64,000 nt of DNA from Macrostomum lignano (taxonomy: Eukaryota), in contig NIVC01000011.1 of the NCBI GenBank assembly GCA_002269645.1, forward strand, positions 368,647 to 432,646. Reading direction: 5' to 3'. Both the position numbers and the translations under genes were made by a program. Positions within the stretch are counted from its first letter, which is position 1, and each line of letters opens with the position of its first letter. The notes beneath the pieces are model-generated. The model saw only the letters and a program-made list of their open reading frames with translations, did not search any database and was not told the origin of the DNA. Positions 50,284 through 63,092 of this stretch are shown in pieces.

Positions 50284-50453
50284 GATTACACATGCCTTTT
50301 GAGGGAGTTATTTGTATAAATCACGAGGGCCTGAGGCCCGAGGGATTTATGAAAATAACTCCCGAAAATGAGGCCCGAGAAAATGAGATGAAAATGAGAA
50401 AATGAGGCCCGAGGGATTTATGAAAATAACTCCCGAAAAAGGCATGTGTAATC
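50284..50453. repeat. Long imperfect palindrome centred on GGGCC-TGA-GGCCC with a partially duplicated right arm
   Basis: GATTACACATGCCTTTT..GGGAGTTATTT..ATAAATC..GGGCC / GGCCC..GATTTAT..AAATAACTCCC..AAAAGGCATGTGTAATC. Confidence 0.8.
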
Positions 50454-51937
50454 TGATACATACTTTAGGGTCAGTCTTGACTAATCCAATGAATTCACAA
50501 TAGATAATTAAAATAATATTTATTCACGTACAAATTTTTTCTACTAAATTTCTGTTTTCTTAGATTAATTTTACATGAATTACGATTGGAAGAAAAATTT
50601 GTTTAAAAAAACTTCTTGTCCCCGCATCCTTCAAATTAAGAATAAATCGGTATTAAATCCCACTGGAAAAATGATGTTGCTTGCCACATCGCGATCGCAG
50701 CTGTGAAGTCAGTTTGGTTTACGTTATCGGAGATTTTGCCAGTTAGGCCTTACAGGTTAAAAATGTATATGTACACTATATATTATAGACCATACAATTA
50801 TTAGCAATCCTTCGGTTTCCCACTCTAAATTTAGGTAATGCAGTTTTTGCAGTTTTTTGTAAACGGCATGAGTACTTAAGTAGGCCTAACTATGACCGTC
50901 TTATTAGGGCTGAATGCCTCATCATCTAATTAGTACTACACCTGTATTCGGTGCGAAAGTTAACATGCTCTAAGTTGCATCGCGTTTTGAGCTAGGCCTA
51001 CAATTTTAGACTCAGTTTCGCATGTCTGCAGATTTTCTACACTTACTCCAATAGGGGTCAAGTCAAGTAGTTAATTACATCAAGTAGGCCTAGCCTAGCT
51101 ATTTGATGATAGCTTTTAATATAAATATATTGTAGGGCCTATAGTGCTATGCTATTGCCTATTGTTGGTATTCAAATTCTACAAAAAAGGATTTTTAATG
51201 AAAATGCTTTATTTATCTGTCAGTGTCAATTTACATTACAACACAAGGGATTTTTAATGCATTTGTGCAAAATCATATTAAATATTAATAAGGTCCCTAA
51301 TGCACAATTTTTGATGAACTTGTAGGCCACCTATGCCTATTAGTTAAATTAATATATTATAGAATATATAAATCTAGATTTTCTATTAGAGCCAAGACAT
51401 AAAAATGCACTTTATGCCCAATTGCCAATTTCAAAATGCAATTTAGTGTTTTTCCATAAAGAGGGAGAGGGTCCATGTGCCATAGCTATAGTTGTAAATA
51501 AAACTAGGCCCTATGGTTTATTCCAATTCTCCATAGGCCTAGGCCTATTCTGTAGGCCCTTAGCTATAAAGATCCCAATTTTATCAAATTACCATAGTTC
51601 CCATAGCCATAGTCATAGTTGTAACAAAAAGTCTTATGTTACTTGGTTAATATTTTAAATCAGAAAGATGACCTAGTGCTTAAACAATTATAAATTAGGC
51701 CCTAATATAAAAAAATAAACAATTGATTGCCTTATATAAATAATATATGAAGAGTTATAGAAGATTTATATAAATATAATATTTTATCTTTTTACAAAGA
51801 GTGACATTACTTAATCAGGTGACCCTTTGTCAATCTGCATTTTGTCAATAGACATCTTATAAACTAGTATTTTGTCAACTAGAAATAATGGAAAATCAGC
51901 AAATTGTATCTGATTATTATAGCTGCACTAGCCAGAG

Positions 51938-53236
51938 TAGGCATTCTGGTGAGGGTCACGTGACCTGTGCATGCCGAGCAAAATCTGCTAAAAAGAGCTA
52001 AATGATACCAACTTCATATGATAAAAAAACTAGAAAACCAAGAGAGTTAAGAAAAACGGAAATATATGTCCTGAAGAGAGAGATTTAAGCTTTAATTTGA
52101 GACTACTTGGAGGTTCCTACAATGTCAAATAGTGAAGCTACGGTAATTTGAAAAACAAACAAATTCACCATGCTTTGGAAACTGTGACAACACGGGAAAA
52201 TTAAGTGACCGACAGAAATTTGAATTGCATCAAAACGAGTGCTTTTTTTGATAAGCGGTTTTCAGTAAAACAAAGATTAATAGTTACGGAATATATTTCT
52301 TCTGCAATGCAAAGAAAATTGAGATATTTTTCTTCTATAAATATTAGTCCAAAGTCTTCAACTAAAATTTTTGACTCGAAACAAGACTGGTGACAGGGTG
52401 GTGACACGATGTTTTTTACGTAGGATTTCATGGTGAATAAGATGCAAAAATAATTTTGGAGCTATCTTAACGCGCAACAACGCGCGACTGATTCAAAGTA
52501 AACCCTAGCCTAGTTGCATTTCAGACTACCCTTTTAGAAGCAAATGGACTTTCTTTTTCTTCTTTTTTCTTCTGTTTTATTCATCCAAAATGGCATACAA
52601 ACACGAGGAAACAATGATCTCATTGCTAGATCTTACCACAACTCCAATAATAGTACCAATGTTTTGGGTAAACAGCAGGAGTAAATACCTCGTCATCTAA
52701 TTAGTACTTGTTTCCTAATTTAAAGTACTAATTAGATGGGCATTTTTGCAACTTATCTTGGCTAGGCCCCTTGCCAGACAGCTAGATCTGCTGGGTATTG
52801 CTCTTGGATGATCTATATAAGGATAAAAATGGAATAATTGTGGTCTGAGGATTAAAATTTCATTTACGTCACCTCATTATTTTGAGAATAGAAGAAAAAC
52901 TATCAATTGTATTTTGCAAAGTATTAATTCAAAAAATCTACAAGAAAAATGCTAAAAATGACATATTAGGCATAAAAATGCATTGGATAGTTCAAAAGCT
53001 ATATTATCTATAACTCGGAAAATCAGACATTTTGAAGAAAAATGATCACAGTACCTTATGGGAAAAATGCATTACGGAAGTGTCAAAAAATGTGATACTA
53101 AAAATGCTATAACTTTTTCATTACTTGACCAAAATTCAAAAGTGAGGTGTCTTTTTACTCATACTTGTATGCTCAATCAAAGAAAAGCAAAATATTTGCT
53201 AATCTTGAAACTTCAAAAACCTCACCAGAATGCCTA
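51938..53236. mobile_element. Non-autonomous TIR DNA element (1299 bp), superfamily unassigned
   Basis: Perfect 17-bp TIR TAGGCATTCTGGTGAGG; flanking direct repeat GCCAGAG (51931-51937, 53237-53243). Confidence 0.8.
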
Positions 53237-54663
53237 GCCAGAGAATGTGAGAAGTGGTAATGTGATTTCAAATTTGTTTAACACTTCTTGGAAATAATTT
53301 TTGTAGAAACATTTGGTTCTTAATGGTGTTACAATACTTGTACTATGATACCTAAATACCATGTATATGGTTTCAATATTTTTTATGATATAACTTAAAA
53401 CTTAAACTTAAACATGTTAACATTAGTGGTTAACATAAGAGACAAATAATTTGTCTTGAACCAAATGTTAATTATTAACTATAGCTATAGATAGGAATCT
53501 ATGGAATATGACAGCAACCAACTACTATATTTCTATAGTTGTAGCCATAAGAGCAGCTATCTATTGTAGGTATATTTATAGTTGCCATAGGCACCTATTT
53601 TACCATATTTGCTATAGGATCCCATAGCTGTAGCCGTAGCTATGGTGGAACACTACTCTGAGTACAAATTCTCTTTTGTTATTTTAATTTAAGCCAATTA
53701 AGCTAATTTAATTTAGGCTTTAATTTTAAAAGAAAAATAGATCATGAATACATTGAACATAAGACTATAACTTAAGTTGCATTTATTTTTTAATTTTAGG
53801 GTGCAAGTGAAATTTTCTAAATTAGGATATACAAAAAAACACAAAAAAATTTGGAAATTTTTAAAACAATTTTTGACAATACTATTTGTTAGTCTTATCT
53901 ATATCCCTATTTTTAAATTGTTGATTTCTTAGCTTAGGCCTAAATTTTAAATAGTTTTAATGTATAAGTTAGGGGCAAGGCATAATTAAGGTAACAATCC
54001 ACTTTGGTACTAGCCACTTTGTTAATAGCCATTTCATTCAGATTAAATAACAAACTATAACTAATTTGGTAATAGCCATTTTGGTAACAGCCACTTTGGT
54101 AATAGCCATTTCATTTAGTAACAAACCATGACTAATTTAAAAATAGCCATTTTGGTAACAAAGCAGATTTGTAATTGTTACTTTGGTAACAAGTGAGAGA
54201 ATAAGAGCATATATTGATCAATATGTTCCAAAAGAATATGCAAATAAACTTAAAGGAAAGAAAGACAAAAAATGAAAATAAATTCTTGCACACTTTGAGA
54301 GATTTTGATTGATATAGAAAACTACTTATTTAAAAGTGTTTTAACTAATCTTTTTTTAACTTCTGGGTATACCAAATGCATACACCAAAGACATCCTAAA
54401 ATTGACTAAATATTGTATACATTAGAATCTCTAAATTAGCAACTTGAAATTATAGAATCTACTTTCTTCTTTGTTAATTACTTACAAAATTTTAATTTTC
54501 AAAATGCACTTTGCTTAAGTTTCTTTGCCTTCAAAATTTTCACAAAGATAATGTACAAGTTTAAGCAAATTATAATATAGTCTAACTAGAAAATGTGACA
54601 ATAAAATATATAAGATATTAATTATTAAACTAATTATTGCTATAGTTAACTACCATAAAGATG

Positions 54664-55350
54664 CAGTGCAGTAAGTAATCCTTGGTTTATTAATAGCAAT
54701 AATCCATGGCTTATCGAGTGCAGTAATCCTTGGTTTATTAATAGCAATAATCCTTGGCTTATCGAGTGCAGTAATCCTTGGTTTATTAATAGCAATAATC
54801 CATGGCTTATCGAGTGCAGTAATCCTTGGTTAAGGTTGCATTAATCCTTGGTTTATTAATAGCAATAATCCTTGGCTTATCGAGTGCAGTAATCCTTGGT
54901 TTATTAATAGCAATAATCCTTGGCTTATCGAGTGCAGTAATCCCTGGTTTTATTAATAGCAATAATCCATGGCTTATCGAGTGCAGTAATCCTTGGTTTA
55001 TTTATAGCAATAATCCTTGGCTTATCGATTGCAGTAATCCTTGGCTTATCGAGTGCAGTAATCCTTGGTTTGCCAAGAGCAATAGTCCTTGGCTTATCGA
55101 GTGCAGTAATCCTTGGTTTGCCAAGAGCAAAAGTCCTTGGTTTATTGAGTGCAGTAATCCTTGGTTTATTAATAGCAATAGTCCTTGGTTTATTGAGTGC
55201 AGTAATCCTTGGTTTATTAATAGCAATAGTCCTTGGTTTATTGAGTGCAGTAATCCTTGGTTTATTAATAGCAATAATCCTTGGCTTATCGAGTGCAGTA
55301 ATCCTTGGTTTGCCAAGAGCAATAATCCTTAGCTTATCGAGTGCAGTAAT
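54664..55350. repeat. 48-bp higher-order minisatellite built from two diverged 24-mers (GCAGTAATCCTTGGTTTATTAATA + GCAATAATCCTTGGCTTATCGAGT)
   Basis: Alternating subunits visible; a third variant (GGTTTGCCAAGA) appears in the distal half. Confidence 0.93.
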
Positions 55351-55351
55351 C

Positions 55352-55992
55352 TAAGTGTTTTTATTTAGTTCTTTAATAAAAGCTTTTAATAAAAAATTTT
55401 ACACTACTACTTAGATTCGAACCTAGCTCTAGGCTCTAGGCTAGCTCTCATCGAAGTTATCAGTGAATTTGTACCACTTATATAATTCAACACTCACACC
55501 AAGTCAGGTAGAGTAAAAAGTCACACGAAGCAGTTATGACATAATCAATTTCTTAGGCAAGTCACTACCAGTGTCTATGAAAGCTAACAATATGGTTACG
55601 TAATATAAATTCAGTACTGCACTATGCTTTCACACTCAAAGCTGTGACGCAATTCAATTGAGTGTCAAATTCAGCCGGTACACAGACGATAAATAAAGTG
55701 TATTGTGATGCAATCTATTTCAGAATCAGAATTCAACCAGTCAGTTTTTTCTCTAGCATTTTTACAGTGCGTTTCAAGTCGAAATAGCTGCTTGACCTTT
55801 GCAAAAAAGCATGTCTTTCGAATATTTAATCCCTTTAGCATTGAGCAATTTCTTAGCCACGATGCATGTACCGTCACGGAAAAATTTCTGATCGAATGGT
55901 GCAAATTTGAAGAAAATCGGTTGAGCCATTTTTGCTAAAATTGATCACACACACACACACACATACCGACAGACCATTTTTAGTATATTAGA
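55352..55992 (-). mobile_element. Helitron-like unit W: 5' module (5' TC at 55992-55991), continuing into the 48-bp array; 3' end not found
   Basis: Homologous to 58300-58887 and 61590-62189; contains AAATTTGAAGAAAATCGGTTGAGCC and (CA)n next to the terminus. Confidence 0.7.
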
Positions 55993-56226
55993 CTAGCAAT
56001 CTACGCCCCCCGTTGGGGAGCCAAAGAAATGCAATACACGTTTTTTTAATAAGCTACATGTATCCTTGAAATCTTAAAAAAATCTCCTGTCAAACCTTGT
56101 AAGCCTTGACATGTCAGTAATTCCCCCCCACAAGCTTTAACATATCAACTCCCCCCCTTGACATCTCAGCAATGCCCCCAATATTCGGCAATAAGCCTTG
56201 GAAATCTAAAAATATCTGTCAACCTT

Positions 56227-56287
56227 CTAACCCTAACCCTAGCCTAACCCTAACCCTAACCCTAACCCTAACCCTAACCTAACCCTA
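56227..56287. repeat. Interstitial telomeric repeat (TAACCC)n, about 10 units, inside unit X
   Basis: CTAACCCTAACCC... visible. Confidence 0.93.
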
Positions 56288-57229
56288 AAGCATTGAAATT
56301 TCAGTAATAATTCTCTTTAAGAGTCATTATAGCACTACTACAGCATTATAGCGATTCCCTGCAAGCCTCGACATCGTAGGGAATCCCAAATGAATCACTT
56401 AACTTCGACATGAAGCTTCTTTTATTTTTTACATTATGCTTTTTTTTATCAGCGATCCCTCCCCTGAGGAGGCATCAAATAATGTAATAAAAATTTTTCA
56501 ATAAACTACATGCAGCTTCTGACTTTAGCCTTGAAATCTCATTTATACCCCCATGAGCCTTGACATCTCAGCTATTCCCCCCGTAAGCCTTAACATCAGC
56601 GTTGGGGGTCAGCGTTGGCCCCCATAAACCTTGAAATCTAAAAAATCCCCTGTTATTCTATTGACCTTGAAACCTGATAAAATATAACCCTCAACCCACA
56701 CCTGACCTAAACCTAACTTTTACCCAACCTAAAGCCTTGAAATCTCAGCAATTCTTCTCCCCTAAGCCTTGACATTTTAGTGATTCCTTCTTTAAGAATC
56801 ACAGCACTATAACGATTTCCACCAAGCTTTGACCTCAATTCCCAATTCCCAAATGAATCTTTTAACTTCGACATGACTTTTCTTTTATGTATACGTAGTG
56901 CTACTTTTATTTTTTACATGACTCTTCTTCTATCAGCGCCCCCCCCCGTGGCAAGCCAACAAAGAATGCAATAAAAAAATTGAGTAAAGTACATGAACTT
57001 TGAAGTAGCTTCTGACTTTTGCTTTGACATCACAGAACCCCCCCCCATAATCTCAGTTATTCTCTGAGAGCCTTTACGTCTCAGTTTTTCTCCCCAGCAC
57101 AGCATTATAGCTGCATTTAATTTTTACATGACACCCTTCATGTCTGACATGGCGCTTCTTTTATTCTACCATGATGCTACTTAATTTTTTAAATGACACT
57201 TTCATTAGTTTTTAAATAAGGCTTCTATG

Positions 57230-58272
57230 ATTGTTTACATGACGCTTCTATGATTGTTTACATGACGCTTATCTGATTTTTTACATGACGCTTCTATGAT
57301 TTTTTACATGACGCTTCTATGATTTTTTACATGACGCTTCTATGATTGTTTACATGACGCTTCTATGATTGTTTACATGACGCTTCTATGATTTTTATAT
57401 GACGCTTCTATGATTGTTTACATGACGCTTCTCTGATTTTTTACATGATGCTTCTATGATTTTTTTACATGACGCTTCTATGATTTTTTACATGACGCTT
57501 CTATGATTTTTACATGACGCTTCTATGATTGTTTACATGACGCTTCTATGATATTTTACATGACGCTTCTACGATTTTTTTACATGACGCTTCTATGATT
57601 TTTTAAATGACGCTTCTATGATTGTTTACATGACGCTCCTATGATTTTTTAAATGACACTTCTATGATTTTTACATGACGCTTCTATGATTGTTTACATG
57701 ACGCTTCTATGATTTTTTAAATGACGCTTCTATGATTGTTATATGATGCTTCTACGATTTTTACATGACACTTCTATGATTTTTATATGACGCTTCTACA
57801 ATTTTTTACATGACGCTTCTATGATTTTTTACATGACGCTTCTATGATTTTTTACATGGCATTTCTATGATTTTTTACATGACGCTTCTATGATTGTTTA
57901 CATGACGCTTCTATGATTGTTTACATGACGCTTCTATGATTGTTAACATGACGCTTCTATGATTTTTTACATGACGCTTCTATGATTGTTTACATGACGC
58001 TTCTATGATGGTTTACATGACGCTTCTATGATTTTTTACATGATGCTTCTCTGATTTTTTAAATGACGCTTCTATGATTTTTACATGACGCTTCTATGAT
58101 TTTTTACATGGCGCTTCTATGATTCTTAAATGACGCTTCTATGATTTTTAAATGACGCTTCTATGATTTTTACATGACGCTTCTATGATTTTTTAAATGA
58201 CGCATCTATGATTTTTATATAACGCTACTATGATTTTTATATGACGCTTCTATGATTTTTACATGACGCTTC
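57230..58272. repeat. 22-23-bp minisatellite (ATGACGCTTCTATGATTTTTTAC)n inside unit X
   Basis: About 45 units with variable T-run. Confidence 0.95.
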
Positions 58273-59112
58273 TTTTTAAAAAGTCTTTTAGTTTTCCTGA
58301 CGTTGAAAAGCTTTAATTAAAAAAATTATACTCTATGAAAATTCGAACCATTGTCGCTGCATTTAGCAGTTCAGTTTGTTCACCTCTAGGCTAGCTCTCA
58401 TCGTTTTGATAACATCAAATTTTGCACTTATATAATTCAACACTTGAAAATCCAAGCATAGAGTAAATTACACGAAGCAGTTATGACATAATCAGTTTCT
58501 CAGTCAGTCAGTATCAGTTAACAATATGCATGGTTACGCAATTTAAATCAAGTCTGGTGCTACGCTTCCACACTGCATTTTCAATTCAAGTCGGAGTTAC
58601 AATTCAGTTATGATGCAATCTATTTCAGAATCAGAATTCAACCAGTCAGTTTTTTCTCTAGCATTCTTACAATGCATTTCAAGTCGAAAAGTTTGCTTGA
58701 CCTTTGCAAAAAAGCATGTTTTTCGAATATTTAATGCCTTTAGCATCGAGCAATTTCTTAGCCACGATGCATGTACAGTCACGGGAAAATTTCTGATCGA
58801 ACAGTGCAAGTTCGAACAAAATCGGTCCAGCCATTTTTTCTCTAATTGATCACATAGACACAGACAGACCATTTTTAGTATATAGGACTAGCAATCTACG
58901 CCCCCCGTTGGGGAGCCAAAGAAATGCTATACACGTTTTTTTAATAAGCTACATGTATCCTTGAAATCTTAAAAAATCTCCTGTCAAACCTTGTAAGCCT
59001 TGACATGTCAGTAATTCCCCCCCCCACAAGCTTTAACATATCAACTTCCCCCCTTGACATCTCAGCAATGCCCCCAATAAGCCTTGGAAATCTAAAAATA
59101 TCTGTCAACCTT

Positions 59113-59150
59113 CTAACCCTAACCCTAACCCTAACCCTAACCTAACCCTA
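59113..59150. repeat. Interstitial telomeric repeat (TAACCC)n, about 6 units, inside unit Y
   Basis: Same flanks as 56227-56287. Confidence 0.92.
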
Positions 59151-60029
59151 AAGCATTGAAATTTCAGTAATTCTCTCTAAGAGTCATTATAGCACTACTA
59201 CAGCATTATAGCGATAAGCTTCTTTTATTTTTTACATAACGCTTTTTTTATCAGCGATCCCTCGCCTGAGGAGGCATCAAATAATGTAATAAAAAGTTTT
59301 CAATAAACTACATGTAGCTTCTGACTTTAGCCTTGAAATCTCATTTATACCCCCGTGAGCCTTGACATCTCAGCTATTCCCCCCGTCCGTAAGCTTTGAC
59401 ATGTCAGCGATGGCCCCATAAACCTTGAAATCTAAAAAATCCACTGTTAACCTTGAAACCCGATAAAATATAACCCTCAACCCACACCTGACCTAAACCT
59501 AACTTTAACCCAACCTAAAGCCTTGAAATCTCAGCAATTCTTCTCCCCTAAGCCTTGACATTTTAGTGATTCCTTCTTTAAGAATCACAGCACTATAACG
59601 ATTTCCACCAAGCTTTGACATCGTAGCAATTCCCAAATGAATCTTTTAACTTCGACATGACTTTTCTTTTATGTATACGTAGTGCTACTTTTATTTTTTA
59701 CATGACTCTTCTTCTATCAGCACCCCCCATGGCGAGCCAACAAAGAATGCAATAAAAAATTGAGTAAAGTACATGAACTTTGAAGTAGCTTCTGACTTTT
59801 GCTTTGAGATCCCAGAAACAACCCCCCCTCGTAATCTCAGTTATTCTCTGAGAGCCTTTACGTCTCAGTTTTTCTTCCCAGCACAGCATTATAGCTGCAT
59901 TTCATTTTTACATGACATCCTTCATGTCTGACATGACGCTTCTTTTGATTTTTACATTACACTTCTTTTATTCTTCCATGATGCTTCTTAATTTTTTAAA
60001 TGATGCTTTCATTAGTTTTTAAATGAGGC

Positions 60030-61575
60030 TTCTATGATTTTTTCATGACGCTTCGATGATTGTTTACATGACGCTTCTATGATTGTTTACATGATGCTTC
60101 TACGATTTCTGCAGGATGCTTCTATGATTTTTACATGATGCTTCTATGATTTTTTCATGACGCTCCTATGATTTTTTCATGACGCTTCTATGATTGTTTA
60201 CATGACGCTTCTATGCTTTTTACATGACGCTTCTATGCTTTTTACATGACGCTTCCATGATTTTTTACCGTACATGACACTTCTATGATTTTTACATGAT
60301 GCTTCCATGATTTTTTCATGACGCTTCTGTGATTGTTTATATGACGCTTCTATGCTTTTTATATGACGCTTCCATGATTTTTTACATGACGCTTCTATGA
60401 TTTATACATGACGCTTCCATGATTTTTTCATGACGCTTCTGTGATTGTTTATATGACGCTTCTATGCTTTTTATATGACGCTTCTATGATTGTTTACATG
60501 ACGCTTCTATGCTTTTTATATGACGATTCTATGATTTTTACATGACGCTTCTATGATTTTTACATGACGTTTCTATGATTTTTTCATGACGCTTCTATGA
60601 TTTTTTACATGACGCTACTATGATTTTTACATGACGCTTCCATGATTTTTTACATGACGCTTCTATGATTTTTTACATGACGCTTCCATGATTTTTTACA
60701 TGACGCTTCTATGCTTTTTACATGACGCTTCTATGATTATTTCATGACGCTTCTACGATATCTGCAGGACGCTTCTATGATTGTTTACATGACGCTTCTA
60801 TGATTTTTACATGACGCTTCTATGATTTTTTCAGGACGCTCCTATGTTTTTTTCATGACGCTTCTATGATTTTTTCATGACGCTTCTATGATTTTTTACA
60901 TGACGCTACTATGATTTTTGCATGACGCTTCCATGATTTTTTACATGACGCTTCTATGATTTTTTACATGACGCTTCCATGATTTTTTACATGACACTTC
61001 TATGATTTTTACATGACGCTTCCATGATTTTTTTCATGACACTTCCATGATTTTTACATGACGCTTCCATGATTTTTTCATGACGCTTCTATGATTTTTA
61101 CATGACGCTTCCATGATTTTTTACATGGCACTTCTATGATTTTTTGCATGACGCTTCTATGATTTTTTACATGACGCTTCTATGATATTTTCATGACGCT
61201 TCTATGATTTTTTACATGACGCTTCTATGATTTTTTCATGACGCTTCCACAATTTTTTACATGACGCTTCTATGATTTTTTACATGACGCTTCTATGATT
61301 GTTTACATGACGCTTCTATGATTTTTACATGATGCTTCTACGATTTCTGCAGGACGCTTCTATGATTTTTACATGATGCTTCTATGATTTTTTCATGACG
61401 CTCTATGATTTTTTCATGACGCTTCCATGATTTTTTACATGACGCTTTTATGATTTTTTACATGACGCTTCTATGATTTTTTACATGACGCTTCTATGAT
61501 TTTTTACATGACGCTTCTATGATTTTTTACATGACGCTTCTGTGATTTTTTACATGACGCTTCTATGATTTTTTA
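60030..61575. repeat. 22-23-bp minisatellite (ATGACGCTTCTATGATTTTTTAC)n inside unit Y
   Basis: About 68 units. Confidence 0.95.
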
Positions 61576-62379
61576 GTTTTCTTTTTGGTGTTAAAAAGCT
61601 TTAATTAAAAAAATTCCACTCTCTAAAAATTCGAACCATCGTCCCTGCATTTAGCAGTCAGTCTGTTTACCTCTAGGCTAGCTCTCATCGTTTTGATAAT
61701 ATGAATTTTAGCACTTATAATTATAAGTTTCAAAACTCCAAGCATAGAGTAAATCACACGAGGCAGTTATGACATAATCAATTTCTCAGTCAGTCAGTAT
61801 CAGTTAACAATATGGTTACGCAATCTAAATCACGTCTGGTGTTTCGCTTCCACACTGCATTTTCAATACTGTGACGCAATTCAAGTCGGAGTCACAATTC
61901 AGTTATGATGCAATCTATTTTAGAATCAGAATTCAACCAGTCAATTTTTTTCTAGCATTCTTACAATGCATTTCAAGTCGAAAAGTTTGCTTGACCTTTG
62001 CAAAAAAGCATGTTTTTCGAGTATTTAATGCCTTTAGCATCGAGCAATTTCTTAGCCAAGACACATGTACCGTCACGGGAAAATTTCTGATCGAACAGTG
62101 CAAGTCTCATGAAAATCGGTTAAGCCATTTTTTCTCTAATCGATTACAAGCAAGCAAGCAAGCAAGATTTTCATTTTTAGTATATACGAGTGGAACTCCT
62201 CCTTCGGAGGAGAAAGGGGAAGAACTCCCATCACCGGAATTCCATTCCCTGAAATCCATCAGCTGAAATTCCAGCTGACTTGAATCCCATCTTCCAAATC
62301 ATCTCCAAATCCTCTGTAAAGCCTTTCAAATACCATATCTTGTTTTCCCTGTTCGCAAAAACTGACTGCCATTGTCCAG

Positions 62380-62800
62380 ACTCAGATTCTTCTGTCTCCT
62401 CTCTTCTCTTCTCTCTCCTCTCACGTCTCTCATCTCTACCACCTTATTTATCTCTTCTCCCTCGTCTTTCGTCTTTCTCTCCTGTCTCCTTTATCCCCTG
62501 TTTTCTCCTCTCTTCTCTCCTCTCTCATCTCTCATCCTCATGCCTCATCTCACTATTTCTTTCTCCTCTACTCTCAGCTCCTCTCTTCTCTCCCCTCTCA
62601 TCTCTCCTGTCTCCCTCTGCTATCTCATATCTTCCCTCTCATCTCCTCTCTCCTCTTTTCTTCTCTCTCCCTCTTCGTTCCGCCTTACATCCCCTCTTCT
62701 CTCCCATCTGTCATGTCTAATCTGTCCTCTCTCATCTCTACTCTCTTTTCTATAATCTCTTCTCTTTCTCTTTTCACTCTTCTCTTTACTCTCTTTACTG
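62380..62800. repeat. CT-rich low-complexity tract
   Basis: Visible pyrimidine tract. Confidence 0.88.
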
Positions 62801-62814
62801 ACTGACTGAAGATA

Positions 62815-63010
62815 CCAAATCCATCAAAATCCCTCCGTGAAACAGAAATCCTCTCCGCGAACACAGAAATCCTCTCCGCGAAACAGAAATCCTCTCCGTG
62901 AAACTGGGCTCCATGGAAATCCTCTGAGTGAAACTGACATCCATCAAAATCGTCTCCGTAAAACAGAAATACATCTAAATTCTCTCCACGAAAGAAATCC
63001 TCTCTCGTGA
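62815..63010. repeat. About 20-bp minisatellite (CCTCTCCGCGAAACAGAAAT)n, degenerate
   Basis: Several tandem units. Confidence 0.75.
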
Positions 63011-63092
63011 ACCGAAAACCATCAGAATACTCCGTGAAACTGGACTCAATCGAAATTTTCTGTCAAAAAGAACTTAACTCTCAGAATTCATT

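Larger units (their letters stand above)
55993..58887 (-). mobile_element. Complete non-autonomous Helitron-like unit X (2895 bp) in a head-to-tail array
   Basis: Minus-strand 5' TCCTATATACTAAAAATGG at 58887; 3' hairpin GCTCCCC-AAC-GGGGGGC then CTAG at 55996-55993; carries a 22-23-bp array and telomere repeats. Confidence 0.8.
58888..62189 (-). mobile_element. Complete non-autonomous Helitron-like unit Y (about 3300 bp), tandem to X
   Basis: Collinear with X; 3' CTAG at 58891-58888; 5' TCGTATATACTAAAAATG at 62189, abutting another hairpin CTCCTCC-TTC-GGAGGAG. Confidence 0.78.
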
